Shown here in pieces: positions 8,010 through 18,098 of a stretch of DNA of 64,000 nucleotides (its first letter is position 1; each line of letters begins with the position of its first letter). The DNA is from a virus (taxonomy: Duplodnaviria > Caudoviricetes): positions 96,001 through 160,000 of the IMG/VR virus record IMGVR_UViG_3300009431_000002. The stretch is one strand, 5' to 3'. The position numbers and the translations under genes were made by a program. Under the pieces are notes generated by a model. The model ran no database searches and was not told where the DNA came from. It worked only from the letters and a program-made list of their open reading frames with translations.

Positions 8010-11000
8010 TCACACGATCAGGCGCACCCGGATGTAGTTGCAGGGGTACGGCAGATCGAGCGTGACGTCGATCAGCACGGTGTCCGGGTTGTCCTCGTCC
8101 TGGGTGATGGAGTTGAGCGTGTACCCGATCAGGGACCCGCTGGCCTTCAGGAACTCCAGGAGGCCATCCACAACCGCGGTGAGGGTGTCCAGGAACGCCG
8201 TGGTGATGTTGAAGATGCCCAGGAAGTTACGCAGGGCCGCCCGCAGGAACTTCGACACGAAGTCGAGGTTCTTGGTGATGGACAGCTCGCGCGTCTCCAG
8301 GGTCGTGACGTCGGTCGAGTTCTGGTGGCGGCAGATCAGCGGGGCGCCGTCGTACTCCTGCACCAGGATGTACACACCGCCGCCGGAGATCTCGTTGAGC
8401 AGCGACTCCCGGAAGGTGTCGTTCGAGCCGTAGACGTTGCTGAACCCCGCGATGGGGTAGCGGCTGAAGCCCTGCTGGGGCAGCTGCTGGCTGACCATGC
8501 CGGCGACGGCCGCGCAGGCGTAGTACGCCGGCAGCAGCGTGGTGCCGTCGTCGAGCTCGGCCTCCACCTCGTCGGGGAAGATCATGTACAGGCGGCGGTC
8601 GGCGTAGGTGCTCGCCACGCCGGCCACGGTCTCGGCGATGCCGTCGAGGTCGGGCTGACCCGCCACCTCCAGCGCCGCGCCGCGGATCTTGACGGCCCAC
8701 GTCACGCTGGACACGGTCTCGTCGAAGTCCTCGGTGTCGTAGAACAGGTCGTCGTTCTCGCCCGTGACGAAGGTGGTGTTGATGGCGCACAGCGCCCCGT
8801 TCACCAGGTTGAGGTTGTAGCGGCGCAGCTCGCTGCCCACCGTCGCCTCGAGGTACACGCCGTCGGAGACCGCCAGCGCCGCCGGGTTGAGTCCCTGGGC
8901 CACCAAGCCGTTGGCCGGGCTGGAGTCGCAGATGAACTGGTTCACCGCGCCCGTGGACCGGCCGTCGGTGCCGCTGGCCACCGTCGTCGGCGTCGCCTCG
9001 GTCGGCACCTCGGGGTTGAAGAACAGGATCCGCTCGCCGCGCTGCGCGGCCGCGCTCATCCAGTCCACGTGGGTCTGGAAGAGCTGGTGCACCGTGTCCT
9101 GGTGCGTCAGCGGGGCGATGGCGTAGACCTCCTCGCTCTCGAGGAACTCGGCGGCCCGGGTGAAGGCGCTCAGCGTACCCTCCGGGTGCGCCGAGGAGAC
9201 CTCGTCGACACCGAGCCCCGTCACGCTCACGCCCGAGGCGTTGAGCTTGGCGAAGAACAGGCCCAGGCCGAGCGGGTTGTCGGTGGTCAGCGGCGACAGG
9301 AGCTCCTCGAGCTCGGTGGTGTCGTCGATGACCAGCAGCCCCGGGTTGGAGGCCGCGGCCGCGCTCACGTCCAGACGCAGGCCGTGGTAGCCGATGTAGA
9401 TGCCAGAGGACCCGAGGTACTCGTTGTCGTGCGGGATGCCGGTCATCGTGTCCCGCAGGATCTGCGCACCGATGACGACGCCGCCCGAGGAGTCCAGGTA
9501 GAAGTCCGGGTTGGGCCGGCCGGAGCCGTCCGCCTCGTGGTCGGGGTCGACCATGCCCACGGCCGTGGCCGCGGCCAGCCGGCTGGTGGTGTCGGCCAGG
9601 ACCTCGACTCTGGACGCCTGGCCCAGCAGGAGGCTGGTCAGCACGAGCTGGCGGGTGTTGGTGCCGCCGGCGGACGCCACGATGTTGTCGTTGACCTCCT
9701 CGTTGATCCTGTCGATCAGGTCGTCGAGGGAGTCGCCGATGGGAGTCACGGACCACTCGTGCGGGTTGTAGTCCAGCTGGAAGACGAACTCCTCGCCGGT
9801 GAGGTTGTCCGCGCCGGTGTCCAGATCGTTGTCGCTGGTGCCGCCGGTGAGCTCGTGCTGCAGGAGGTCGCCGGCGCCGGCCACGTCGATGTTGGCGGCG
9901 TCGTTGCCCTGCATCCAGCACTGGTTGCCCAGGAAGCTGTTGACGATGACGTAGACCGTCACCGTGGCCGTGGCCACGCCAGCGGCGTCGGTGTTGTGGG
10001 CGTAGACCTCACCGGCCTGCGCGCCCGCGTTGATGGCCGCGGCGAGGGAGGTGGCACCGGCGATACCCACGCCGGCCCACGCGCCGCCCTCGATGTACTC
10101 CACCTGGGAGCCACCGAGGGCCGTGGTGTCCACGATGAGCGAGTCGGGTCCGGCGGCCGCGCCGCCGATGATCACGTGCTGCTCGGCCGTCGCCGTGCCC
10201 CCCGTGAAGAAGGCCGCGACCGCGCCACCCTGGATCGTCATGTTGGTGAAGTCGTCCGACACGATGGTGCAGAGGTTGCCCTCCCAGCCCGCCAGGTCGA
10301 TGGTCACGGTCACCGTGTCCACGCCGTCGTCGATGGCCGAGATGCCGGCCAGCGTGTCGAGGAAGGCCGCCAGGGCTGCGACGGTGGCCGGAATGTCGCC
10401 CACCACCCTGGACCAGTCCGCGCCGCCGCCCTCCGTGGCCGTCAGTGCGCCACCACCGGCCACCGTGGTGTCGATGGTGATGATGTGCCCCGCCCCGGGG
10501 TCGCCTGTCAGAACGATGTCGGCCGTCGCGCTCACCTCGGCGCCGCCGAAGTTGAAGGCCGCGTCGGTGGTGACCTCGTCCACGTCGACCTCGGTGCCGT
10601 TGCCACCCTCGAGGACCGTGATGGTCAGCCCGCGGGATCCCGCCACGTCGCTGCCCGAGAACTCCACCATCGGGCAGTTGGGCATGCCGTTGGAGGGCAG
10701 GGCCGTGCCGTTGCCGCCGGCCGTGAGCTGCGCGGCGAGCAGGGCCCAGGTGCCTCCGGCGACGTCCGCAGCGTCCAGGGCGTAGCTGAGGTTGAGTCCC
10801 GTGCCGTTGCGGTCGGTGACCGTGAAGGCCAGGACCTCGCCACCGACCAACGGGAAGGCGTAGGGCGCGGGGGTCTCCCCAGCGTCCGGACCGCCGGTGA
10901 CCGAGGCCTGCGTGGAGAACTCGGCGTCCACGCCCTCCCCGCTGCCTCCGCTCAGGGTGTCCATGCCCACGTCGGCGATGGCGTTGTTGGAGCCGGTGGC

Positions 11001-12530
11001 CGCGATCTCCACGCCCTGGTCGGCGCCGGTCGCGGACGTCTGCAGCGTGAGGTACTGCTCGTTGGCCGTGGCGTCGGTGTAGGCGCTCGCCACGATGTCG
11101 GTGGCCGCGGCGTTGATGTCGTCGGCGATGGCCTGCATGCTGGCGTAGTCGCCGGCGAGGGTGATGGTCTGCTCCGCGCCGCGGACGCCGTCGACCGTCG
11201 CCCGCAGGTACAGGCTCTTGCCGGTCAGGCCCATCGGGAAGTTGGCGTTCGCCACCGGCGACCCAACGAGGTACCCGAACAGCGCTGCGTTGGCCTCCAC
11301 GGTGCCCGTGAGCGCGGCAGCGACCGGCGTCGGGACGACATCGCCCTCGACCAGGCCCTGCGCACCGAACCACGCGTACCGCGGAGCCAGCGGGGTGGCG
11401 TCGAACAGGTTGCCCACCTCGTAGGTGGTGTACACGCGCGAGGTGATGTCGCCGTCGTCGTCGTACACCGAGTTGACGATGTCGATGGTGCCCACCCGGA
11501 AGCGGGAGGTCTGGACCTCGGTGACCTCGGCCGTGGTGCCCACCTGGGCGCCGTCGGCCATGAACACGTCGCCGGGTGCCGTGGTCGTCGCGGCCTGCAG
11601 CGGCACGTCGGGGCTCACCCCCGCGAAGGTGCGGGCCGGGGCCCGGGAGCCGAGGTAGGCGTCGGCGTCATCCACCAGCTGCGCGGAGGCGGACCACGCG
11701 GGCCCACCGACGTCCTGCGTGCCGACGCCGTCCTCGTAGTACTCCCCGCGGAAGTACTCGATCCACGGCGTGGTGGTGTCGGTGTCGCCGTCGTCCTGGC
11801 CGCGGAAGCCGGCGGCCTCCACCCGGTACTCGGTGGCCTTGCCGCCGATGGACGTCCAGAGGATGTCGGACGCCGTGCTGCCGGCGCGGATGGTGATGGA
11901 CGACCCGGCGCCGTAGGTGGTCGAGATGATCTGGAGGTAGAAGTCGCCCGGGACGAGCGGGTCCTCCCAGGTCTCGGCCACGGTCTCGCCCACGGCGTCG
12001 TTGATGGCGTCGGCGACGTCGTCCGAGGCCATCACGCCCGACAGGCTCACGGTCACGTCGTTGTCGGTGCTGGTGCGCACGACGTTGTCGACGGCCAGCA
12101 CCAGGAGCATGCCCGTGCCGAAGTTGTAGCCCGCACCCTCGAGCTCGGAGGCGCGGAAGCCGGCCCGGTACGCCCAGTTGGCGAAGGCCAGGAAGGAGGA
12201 GCCGTAGTCGCCGTAGACCGAGTCGCCGTTGTCCAGCTCGGTGGTCTCACCGCCGTGGCTGATGTGCGCCTCGATGGTGCCCTCCTGGACGTCCACCTCG
12301 TCGATGTTCCCGCGGGGCGACGGGAAGGAGGACTGGGCGATGTTCTGCTCGAACTGGTCGTACTCCCCGAAGTACGCGTCCTCGTCCAGCAGCTGGCTGG
12401 AGTCGTACACCTCGATGACCTCGAAGGCCGCCCCGACGACGTTGGTCCGGAGGGTGGGCACGAGGATGGTGGCGCTGGTCGACTCGAACTCCTGGATGAC
12501 CTGCACGCTGGGCTGCTCGAGAGCGGGCAT
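8010..12530 (-). CDS. Contractile tail sheath protein, about 1506 aa
   Basis: N-terminus MPALEQPSVQVIQEF after AAGGAG; C-terminus ...RELSITKNLDFVSKFLR...DEDNPDTVLIDVTLDLPYPCNYIRVRLIV is a typical sheath C-terminal domain. Confidence 0.85.
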   Translation of the reverse strand: MPALEQPSVQVIQEFESTSATILVPTLRTNVVGAAFEVIEVYDSSQLLDEDAYFGEYDQFEQNIAQSSFPSPRGNIDEVDVQEGTIEAHISHGGETTELDNGDSVYGDYGSSFLAFANWAYRAGFRASELEGAGYNFGTGMLLVLAVDNVVRTSTDNDVTVSLSGVMASDDVADAINDAVGETVAETWEDPLVPGDFYLQIISTTYGAGSSITIRAGSTASDILWTSIGGKATEYRVEAAGFRGQDDGDTDTTTPWIEYFRGEYYEDGVGTQDVGGPAWSASAQLVDDADAYLGSRAPARTFAGVSPDVPLQAATTTAPGDVFMADGAQVGTTAEVTEVQTSRFRVGTIDIVNSVYDDDGDITSRVYTTYEVGNLFDATPLAPRYAWFGAQGLVEGDVVPTPVAAALTGTVEANAALFGYLVGSPVANANFPMGLTGKSLYLRATVDGVRGAEQTITLAGDYASMQAIADDINAAATDIVASAYTDATANEQYLTLQTSATGADQGVEIAATGSNNAIADVGMDTLSGGSGEGVDAEFSTQASVTGGPDAGETPAPYAFPLVGGEVLAFTVTDRNGTGLNLSYALDAADVAGGTWALLAAQLTAGGNGTALPSNGMPNCPMVEFSGSDVAGSRGLTITVLEGGNGTEVDVDEVTTDAAFNFGGAEVSATADIVLTGDPGAGHIITIDTTVAGGGALTATEGGGADWSRVVGDIPATVAALAAFLDTLAGISAIDDGVDTVTVTIDLAGWEGNLCTIVSDDFTNMTIQGGAVAAFFTGGTATAEQHVIIGGAAAGPDSLIVDTTALGGSQVEYIEGGAWAGVGIAGATSLAAAINAGAQAGEVYAHNTDAAGVATATVTVYVIVNSFLGNQCWMQGNDAANIDVAGAGDLLQHELTGGTSDNDLDTGADNLTGEEFVFQLDYNPHEWSVTPIGDSLDDLIDRINEEVNDNIVASAGGTNTRQLVLTSLLLGQASRVEVLADTTSRLAAATAVGMVDPDHEADGSGRPNPDFYLDSSGGVVIGAQILRDTMTGIPHDNEYLGSSGIYIGYHGLRLDVSAAAASNPGLLVIDDTTELEELLSPLTTDNPLGLGLFFAKLNASGVSVTGLGVDEVSSAHPEGTLSAFTRAAEFLESEEVYAIAPLTHQDTVHQLFQTHVDWMSAAAQRGERILFFNPEVPTEATPTTVASGTDGRSTGAVNQFICDSSPANGLVAQGLNPAALAVSDGVYLEATVGSELRRYNLNLVNGALCAINTTFVTGENDDLFYDTEDFDETVSSVTWAVKIRGAALEVAGQPDLDGIAETVAGVASTYADRRLYMIFPDEVEAELDDGTTLLPAYYACAAVAGMVSQQLPQQGFSRYPIAGFSNVYGSNDTFRESLLNEISGGGVYILVQEYDGAPLICRHQNSTDVTTLETRELSITKNLDFVSKFLRAALRNFLGIFNITTAFLDTLTAVVDGLLEFLKASGSLIGYTLNSITQDEDNPDTVLIDVTLDLPYPCNYIRVRLIV

Positions 12531-12568
12531 GGGCGTCTCCTTCAGTGGGTGCGGCGTCTCTCGCCGCG

Positions 12569-13318
12569 TCACACACCAAATTCTGTATCGGTGTCCGGGC
12601 TATTGGCTAGCCCATAGTGCGCCAGGAACGCGATGTCGTTGAGCACCTCGAAGGGGGGCTTCTCGACATCACTCGCCCGTGGCTCACCAAACACCAGGTC
12701 GAGGGTGGTTCGCTGCGGCGGAACGGTGGGCGTCTCGCTCCACGTCCACTGCATGAACCAGGGAATGGTGACATCGACCATTACGGCCTCTGCCTCGGCG
12801 GATCCGTTGACGATGGCCCCCGGCGGCGTTTCGGGTCCGACAGCGGCCTTCTGTCCGATGTGGTGGAACCCACCTTCCTTCTGCAACAGGCGCCGATGGA
12901 AGACGGTTCCGCGGCTGACGAGGTCGGCGATCCTCCCGGCCTCCATCCCCGTCTCGGCGACGCAGTGCGCCACGAGGTTGCCGGGGATCAGGTCCGTGTG
13001 GGTGCGCTCACCCGTCATCGTGTTCATGGTCCGCAGCTTGTCCATGACGAGCCCGGACCACTCGTAGCCGCCGCGCATCACGACGATGTGCGGCTTCTGC
13101 GCGATGGCCTCCCGGTCGACGGGGGCCTCGGCGGTGATGATGATCTTGGAGTCGTGGTCGTCCGGCTCCCAGCGGAAGGCGTCGACGTGGAAGTGGTTGA
13201 AGAGCCCCTGCAGGAAGCACACGTACAGCCGGCGCGTCCAGTCACCGATGCCCTCGTAGGGGTCTCGGTAGCCCGAGTCCGGCGTGACGGGCGCGACGGT
13301 GGGGACTCTGGAGCTCAA
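12569..13318 (-). CDS. Putative tail terminator/completion protein
   Basis: Immediately upstream of the sheath; TTGA overlap with the previous gene. Function inferred from synteny only. Confidence 0.5.
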   Translation of the reverse strand: MSSRVPTVAPVTPDSGYRDPYEGIGDWTRRLYVCFLQGLFNHFHVDAFRWEPDDHDSKIIITAEAPVDREAIAQKPHIVVMRGGYEWSGLVMDKLRTMNTMTGERTHTDLIPGNLVAHCVAETGMEAGRIADLVSRGTVFHRRLLQKEGGFHHIGQKAAVGPETPPGAIVNGSAEAEAVMVDVTIPWFMQWTWSETPTVPPQRTTLDLVFGEPRASDVEKPPFEVLNDIAFLAHYGLANSPDTDTEFGV

Positions 13319-13710
13319 GCTGTCTCCTCAGCGGCCGCGGCCTCGCGGCGCTTCCGGTCTTCGTGCATCTGCTGGTAGGCCTGGTGGCGATGATACCCGA
13401 GGGCGACGCCGCCGAGAGCTCCGCCTGCGGTCCCGAGGACCTTCAGCGCACGCGCCGCCGTGACCTGCTGTGCGGGGGTGAGGCCGTGCCAGAGTTCCGA
13501 GATGTGCGGCGCCTTGGACAGCGCGTAGTGGCCGGCGCCGCCACCGAGGTACCCGAGACCCACACCGAGGCCGACGGGCAGCCCCACGCGGCCCAACGGC
13601 TCCAGGACGCCGTAGCGGACGCCCTGCCAGAAGGTCGGGGCCTGCGGGTCCTCCGCACGCTCCTCGCCGATCTTCTGGAGCTCGTCGAAGAAGGCGCCGG
13701 TGTCGATCAT
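13315..13710 (-). CDS. Small tagged glycine-zipper protein (putative internal head protein), 131 aa
   Basis: Starts MIDTGAFFDELQKIG (TGATG coupling at 13708-13712); two Gly-rich hydrophobic segments. Confidence 0.7.
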   Translation of the reverse strand: MIDTGAFFDELQKIGEERAEDPQAPTFWQGVRYGVLEPLGRVGLPVGLGVGLGYLGGGAGHYALSKAPHISELWHGLTPAQQVTAARALKVLGTAGGALGGVALGYHRHQAYQQMHEDRKRREAAAAEETA

Positions 13711-14414
13711 CACTCGTACTCCAGCCGCATCGTCTTCACTTCTGGGTTCGCCATCAGTGCCTTCGCCTTGTTGACGAACGCTTGCACCTGCCGGTCGTAG
13801 CTCTCCCGGTCCTCGATCCCGCCGAGGGCCTTCGGGTCCTGGCTGGCCCTCTGGTAGATGGCGAGCACCCTCTGCATGTCCTCGCGGGACAGATTCCGGA
13901 TCGTGGGGGTGTCGCCGTAGGACGTATCCGTGGTGCTCTCCCACAGCTCGTTGGCGGCGTTGGCCGCGATCCAGTCGTTGAGCTTGTAGTTCGTGCCCTT
14001 GTCGTGCGGGGTCCTCACCCGCAGGTCGCGCATGGCGAAGAACGAATCGTCGGGTGGGGGGTTGTCCTCGTAGTACTTGCGCCGCGCGCCGCGGTAGGCG
14101 TCGGCGGCCTGCTGCCAGTCCTGTTGCGCCTGCAGACTCTTCTTGGTCTGCTTGGCCTGCCCCCACGGCAGGAGGCGGAACCGCCGCTTGATCTCAGGCT
14201 TCTTGCCCGGCCACTGCGGTGCACCGACGAGGTCGGCCTCCATCTTCTTGTCGTAGGCGTCTCCGGCCGCCTCGAGGGGCGCAACGGCAGCCTCCGGATC
14301 CGGGACCGAGTAGCCATGAACGTCCCAGCCGACGCCGGCGACCTTGGCCATCAGCGGACCAGCACCGATCTTCTGGAGCTCGTCGAAGAAGGCCGCAATG
14401 GATGGGGAGCTCAC
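13710..14414 (-). CDS. Tagged hypothetical protein (putative internal head protein), 234 aa
   Basis: GTG start overlapping the upstream stop (GTGA); begins SSPSIAAFFDELQKIG. Confidence 0.7.
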   Translation of the reverse strand: MSSPSIAAFFDELQKIGAGPLMAKVAGVGWDVHGYSVPDPEAAVAPLEAAGDAYDKKMEADLVGAPQWPGKKPEIKRRFRLLPWGQAKQTKKSLQAQQDWQQAADAYRGARRKYYEDNPPPDDSFFAMRDLRVRTPHDKGTNYKLNDWIAANAANELWESTTDTSYGDTPTIRNLSREDMQRVLAIYQRASQDPKALGGIEDRESYDRQVQAFVNKAKALMANPEVKTMRLEYE

Positions 14415-15313
14415 GGCATCCTCCACTGGTAGATGTCCAGGATCTCGTCCATCTCCATCTCCATGCCGTCGGACGACTCGATGGTCTGTGGGTTGATGAA
14501 GTCGCGGTTCACCAGCTGATCCCACTCCTGGAACTCGTCGGGCACGGGCAGCAGGAACTCGATGGAGCCAGGCGGAATCTTCCGCATCTGGATCTCCTGG
14601 TGGATCGGCGACCGCAGGCGCTTGGTCTTCGGTACCTTGGCGACGCGCCACCGGACGTTCTCGAGCTCGACGATCACGTCCTTGGGGGCGACGGGCGGGA
14701 AGAAGGTGCAGCGCGCACGCACCACCTGCTCCTGGCCCTCACCGAGCGCAGACGTCTGCACGTCGTCGGTCTCCGGGTCCACCTGCATCCAGAAGAGGAT
14801 GGGCGCGTGGTACCCGTGCATGAACGTGCCGCCGAAGCAGGCCTCGCAGCGCTTGGTGGTCTGCCGGCCCTGCCGCTCGTCGTAGCAGTGGGGGCAGCGA
14901 GGACCGAAGGTCCGGCGCTTGTACAGCAGGCACGGCCGGCCCGTGTGCTCGCGCAGCAGCGTCTCCTCGAACCGCGCGGCCTCCATGGCGTCGAGAGGCA
15001 GCGGCGGCTCCACGGACGCACCGTGGTTGTCCGGGAAGTCACGCTCCTCGCCCGAGGCCCGGTGGACCAGCCGCACGCGGTAGTACAGCTGCCGCCAGTT
15101 GTGGAGGAGCCCCGGCTGCGTGTCGCGGAACCAGTACAGGTCGCGCAGCGGCTCCGGCGTCAGCAGCGTGTAGGGGCCGAGCGGCGAGTCGACGGAGCGC
15201 AGGATGTACGTGTCGTAGTCCTGCGGGTCCTCAGAACTGGTCGAGATCTCCCAGAAGAGGTCGAGGCGATCCAGGTCGAAGGACCTGGCACGGATGTGGC
15301 GAACCTCGATCAA
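14411..15313 (-). CDS. Putative neck/head-closure protein with zinc-binding motifs
   Basis: CPHC and CEAC motifs; lies between tail completion and capsid genes; TTG start after GGAG. Confidence 0.5.
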   Translation of the reverse strand: MIEVRHIRARSFDLDRLDLFWEISTSSEDPQDYDTYILRSVDSPLGPYTLLTPEPLRDLYWFRDTQPGLLHNWRQLYYRVRLVHRASGEERDFPDNHGASVEPPLPLDAMEAARFEETLLREHTGRPCLLYKRRTFGPRCPHCYDERQGRQTTKRCEACFGGTFMHGYHAPILFWMQVDPETDDVQTSALGEGQEQVVRARCTFFPPVAPKDVIVELENVRWRVAKVPKTKRLRSPIHQEIQMRKIPPGSIEFLLPVPDEFQEWDQLVNRDFINPQTIESSDGMEMEMDEILDIYQWRMP

Positions 15314-15322
15314 CCATGTCTC

Positions 15323-17041
15323 CTACGCCGTGAGCAGCTTCTGGTACGCCTCCGGGAGGTGGTTCTCCCAGCCGCCCTTGGCCAGGAGCCGCTCGTGGAC
15401 GGTGCTGGTCTTCTCCTCGTCCGCCTTGTCCTTCTTGATGGGCGTGCCGAACGGGACCTTGGTCGGCGTCTCGCCGCGCTCGTGCGCCCCGGCCATCTGG
15501 TGCATCCGGATGCCCTGGCCGGCGGTGCCTCCAACCAGTCCGGTGAGCGCGCCTGCGCCTGCGCCCAGCAGCGTGGACCGGAGATCGCCACCGTGCGACG
15601 CGCCGATCAGGCCGCCGCCCACTGCGCCACCGACGCCCATCGGCAGTCCGCTGCCCAGCCCGGCGGCCAGCAGTCGCCCACCGGGGCCGATCTCGGACGC
15701 GTACTGCTGGTAGTTGGCCAGGTTCTGCAGTGCCTCGGCCTCCGTCGGCCGCCCGGACTCCTGCACGGGTCCCGGGGCATCGAAGGCGCTGCGCCGTTCG
15801 CCCTCGGCGGCGCCGGTCTTCTCGCCGGCCCGCGCCAGCTCGGACTTCATCCGCTCGATGTACTCCAGGGCCTCGTCGCCCACCGGGGCGAAGGTGGCGC
15901 TCACGCTGGAGCCCAGCGGGGCCTTGCGGGGCGCCGGCATCCGGCTCATGTAGTCGGCCACCTCGTCCCGCCGCTCGGGGTTGCCGGCGTAGAACTCACC
16001 CAGGGCGCCCGGCATCTGCTGCAGGGCGTCCTCGATGTTGGACTCGCGGCGCTCGCGGAGCAGACGCTGCGTGCCGAGGGTGCCGATGGCACCACCAGCC
16101 ACCCCGGCCCCGAGGCCGAGCGCGCCGGCACCGACCGGGCCCAGCGCCTCCTTCTTCAGGTCGGGCTTCTCGGCGCCAGGCTTCTTGGGGTCCTGGGCCT
16201 CCTGGACCTTCTTGGCGTTCTCCTGCAGGGCCTCCATCATGTCGCCGTTGGCCGCCTTGACCAGGGCCTCGCTGAACGAGATCCCCTGCTGCTCGGCGTA
16301 GGCGGCGACCTTCTCCTGCATCTCCTTGTACGCCTCGGGCGTTGGCGCGCTCATCTTGGCCTTGGGCTTGGAGGGAGCCGGCCCCGCTGGGCCCGCGCCC
16401 GGGGGCATGGCGGGCATGCCGATGCCGCCCATCGCCGGCTGACCGGCCATCGGCACGGAGGGTCCCGGAGCGGGGGCCATCGGCGGGCCGCCTGCCGGCG
16501 GACCGGCTTCCGGGCCACCCATCCCCATGGCGTCCATGCCCATGCCAGCCGCGCCACCGGCCATGCCGCCGAGCGCTCCTCCGCCGGCCATGCCGGCCAG
16601 ACCGCCACCGACCCCGCCCACGACGGCGCCGCCGGGGCCACCGCCTGCCTGGATGCCGGCGCGGATGCCTCCGATCATCCCCAGCAGGGTGCCGGTGGCC
16701 GCGCCGAGCATGGTGCCGATCTGCGCGGGGCTCGGGGGCACGTCCTCGGTGATGGGAGCGGTCGAGTCCTCGGCCACCATCTCGGACGCCGGCATCTCAC
16801 CACCCTCCGGCGGCATGCCCTCGTCCATCATGGGCTCCTCCATCTCCGGCGGTGCGCCGGGGGTCGGAGGCGTGCCCGGGGGTACGGCCGGGGGCGGCTC
16901 CGGGAGCTGGAGGTCACCGGGGGCCATGGCGAGCTTCAGGAGGTCCTCCATCGACATCTCCTGGAGCATCTCCTGTCGAGACGCGCGCTTCTCGAGGGCG
17001 GCCTCTTCCTGGGCGGCGTCGTTCAGCCAACGGTCGAGCAT
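15323..17041 (-). CDS. Low-complexity Pro/Met/Gly-rich protein with glycine zippers (putative internal head protein), 572 aa
   Basis: EKRAS, LKLAM, EKVAA motifs; three GxxxG-rich hydrophobic stretches; no Cys seen. Confidence 0.7.
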   Translation of the reverse strand: MLDRWLNDAAQEEAALEKRASRQEMLQEMSMEDLLKLAMAPGDLQLPEPPPAVPPGTPPTPGAPPEMEEPMMDEGMPPEGGEMPASEMVAEDSTAPITEDVPPSPAQIGTMLGAATGTLLGMIGGIRAGIQAGGGPGGAVVGGVGGGLAGMAGGGALGGMAGGAAGMGMDAMGMGGPEAGPPAGGPPMAPAPGPSVPMAGQPAMGGIGMPAMPPGAGPAGPAPSKPKAKMSAPTPEAYKEMQEKVAAYAEQQGISFSEALVKAANGDMMEALQENAKKVQEAQDPKKPGAEKPDLKKEALGPVGAGALGLGAGVAGGAIGTLGTQRLLRERRESNIEDALQQMPGALGEFYAGNPERRDEVADYMSRMPAPRKAPLGSSVSATFAPVGDEALEYIERMKSELARAGEKTGAAEGERRSAFDAPGPVQESGRPTEAEALQNLANYQQYASEIGPGGRLLAAGLGSGLPMGVGGAVGGGLIGASHGGDLRSTLLGAGAGALTGLVGGTAGQGIRMHQMAGAHERGETPTKVPFGTPIKKDKADEEKTSTVHERLLAKGGWENHLPEAYQKLLTA

Positions 17042-17045
17042 GTCA

Positions 17046-18098
17046 TCACCTCACGGGTAGGGCGGCTGCGCCGCCGGCTCCCAGCACTGCCCCGGTCAGC
17101 GCGCCGAGCAACGCGGCCTTTCCCGGGTGGTCTACGTTCACGTCGGCGACGCCCTCGGAGGCGCGCGCCAGCACGGCGCCCAGCCTCTTGGCGTAGCCGG
17201 GGTCCTCGGTCTCGTCCAAGGCCCGCTCCGACTTCTCCCGGCCGAGCTCGGCCAGGGCTTGCTCCTTGCTCCTGCCGCTCATTGTAGGCCTGCTGAACGC
17301 GTACTGCCCAGCGCCTCCGAGCGCTGCACCCACGGGCGCGCCGATGATGGCACGCTGCATCCGGGGGTCCAGGGCCTGCCAGGCGGCCACGAGATCCTGG
17401 GCCGCGCTGGTCTTCACCGGCGACCGCTTGATCTTCGTGTCGGCCTCGTCGTGGGGCTCCCACGTCCTCCCCAGCAGGCCAGCACCAGCTCCTGCAGCCG
17501 TCGCCGCTCCGCCGGCGAGGCCGAGGGTGAGCAGCCCGCCCTTGACGGCCTGGGGCCCGAACTGCCTCACCAGCTCCTTGACGTGGGGCTTGACGGCCTG
17601 GCCGCCGGCGGACTCCGACACGCCCTTCAACCCCGAGAAGATCCCCTTCAGGGTGTCGTACTTCCCCATCATCATGCGGCCGGCGATCCCGCGCTGCCTC
17701 TGCCCTCCTGCCATGCCCTCGAGGCCGCCCTGCAGCATGCTGCCGACGCTGTGCTCGTCGAGGCTGTTGGCGAGTGCCGCAGCGGCCTGGGAGTGCATGG
17801 CGTCGCTGATGAGCCTGTCGAGGGCCTGCCCCCGCAGGTAGGCGACGCCTCCGCCCGCCGCAGCGCCCGCCGGGACACCGAGGGAGACGCCACGGAGCTC
17901 GCGTTCGTCGCCACCGCCGAAGTAGCCGCCAGCACCTCCGAGCACTGCGCCGAGAGCGGCATGGGGCACGGCCGTCGCCAGCGGGAGCCTGCGGAGCAGG
18001 TGCTTCCGCTTGTCCACCTCCCGGGCGAGGATCTCCTCGGGGCCTGGCGCGGCGTCCTCGGACATGGCTCCGGTGATGGCGCTGAACGGTCGGGTCAC
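17046..18098 (-). CDS. Glycine-zipper protein (putative internal head/ejection protein), about 350 aa
   Basis: GTGA overlap at 18095-18098 taken as the start; four Gly/Ala hydrophobic segments; VKTSAA motif; no Cys seen. Confidence 0.65.
   Translation of the reverse strand: MTRPFSAITGAMSEDAAPGPEEILAREVDKRKHLLRRLPLATAVPHAALGAVLGGAGGYFGGGDERELRGVSLGVPAGAAAGGGVAYLRGQALDRLISDAMHSQAAAALANSLDEHSVGSMLQGGLEGMAGGQRQRGIAGRMMMGKYDTLKGIFSGLKGVSESAGGQAVKPHVKELVRQFGPQAVKGGLLTLGLAGGAATAAGAGAGLLGRTWEPHDEADTKIKRSPVKTSAAQDLVAAWQALDPRMQRAIIGAPVGAALGGAGQYAFSRPTMSGRSKEQALAELGREKSERALDETEDPGYAKRLGAVLARASEGVADVNVDHPGKAALLGALTGAVLGAGGAAALPVR

Noticed and set aside
7473-12617. 1714-aa plus-strand ORF (likewise 5345-8065, 14219-17287, 21677-23794, 38283-40952, 42557-44542, 54515-57346)
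   Set aside because: Antisense shadows of real minus-strand genes; high GC3 removes stops from the opposite strand, and the translations are V/G/R/H-rich with no motifs.
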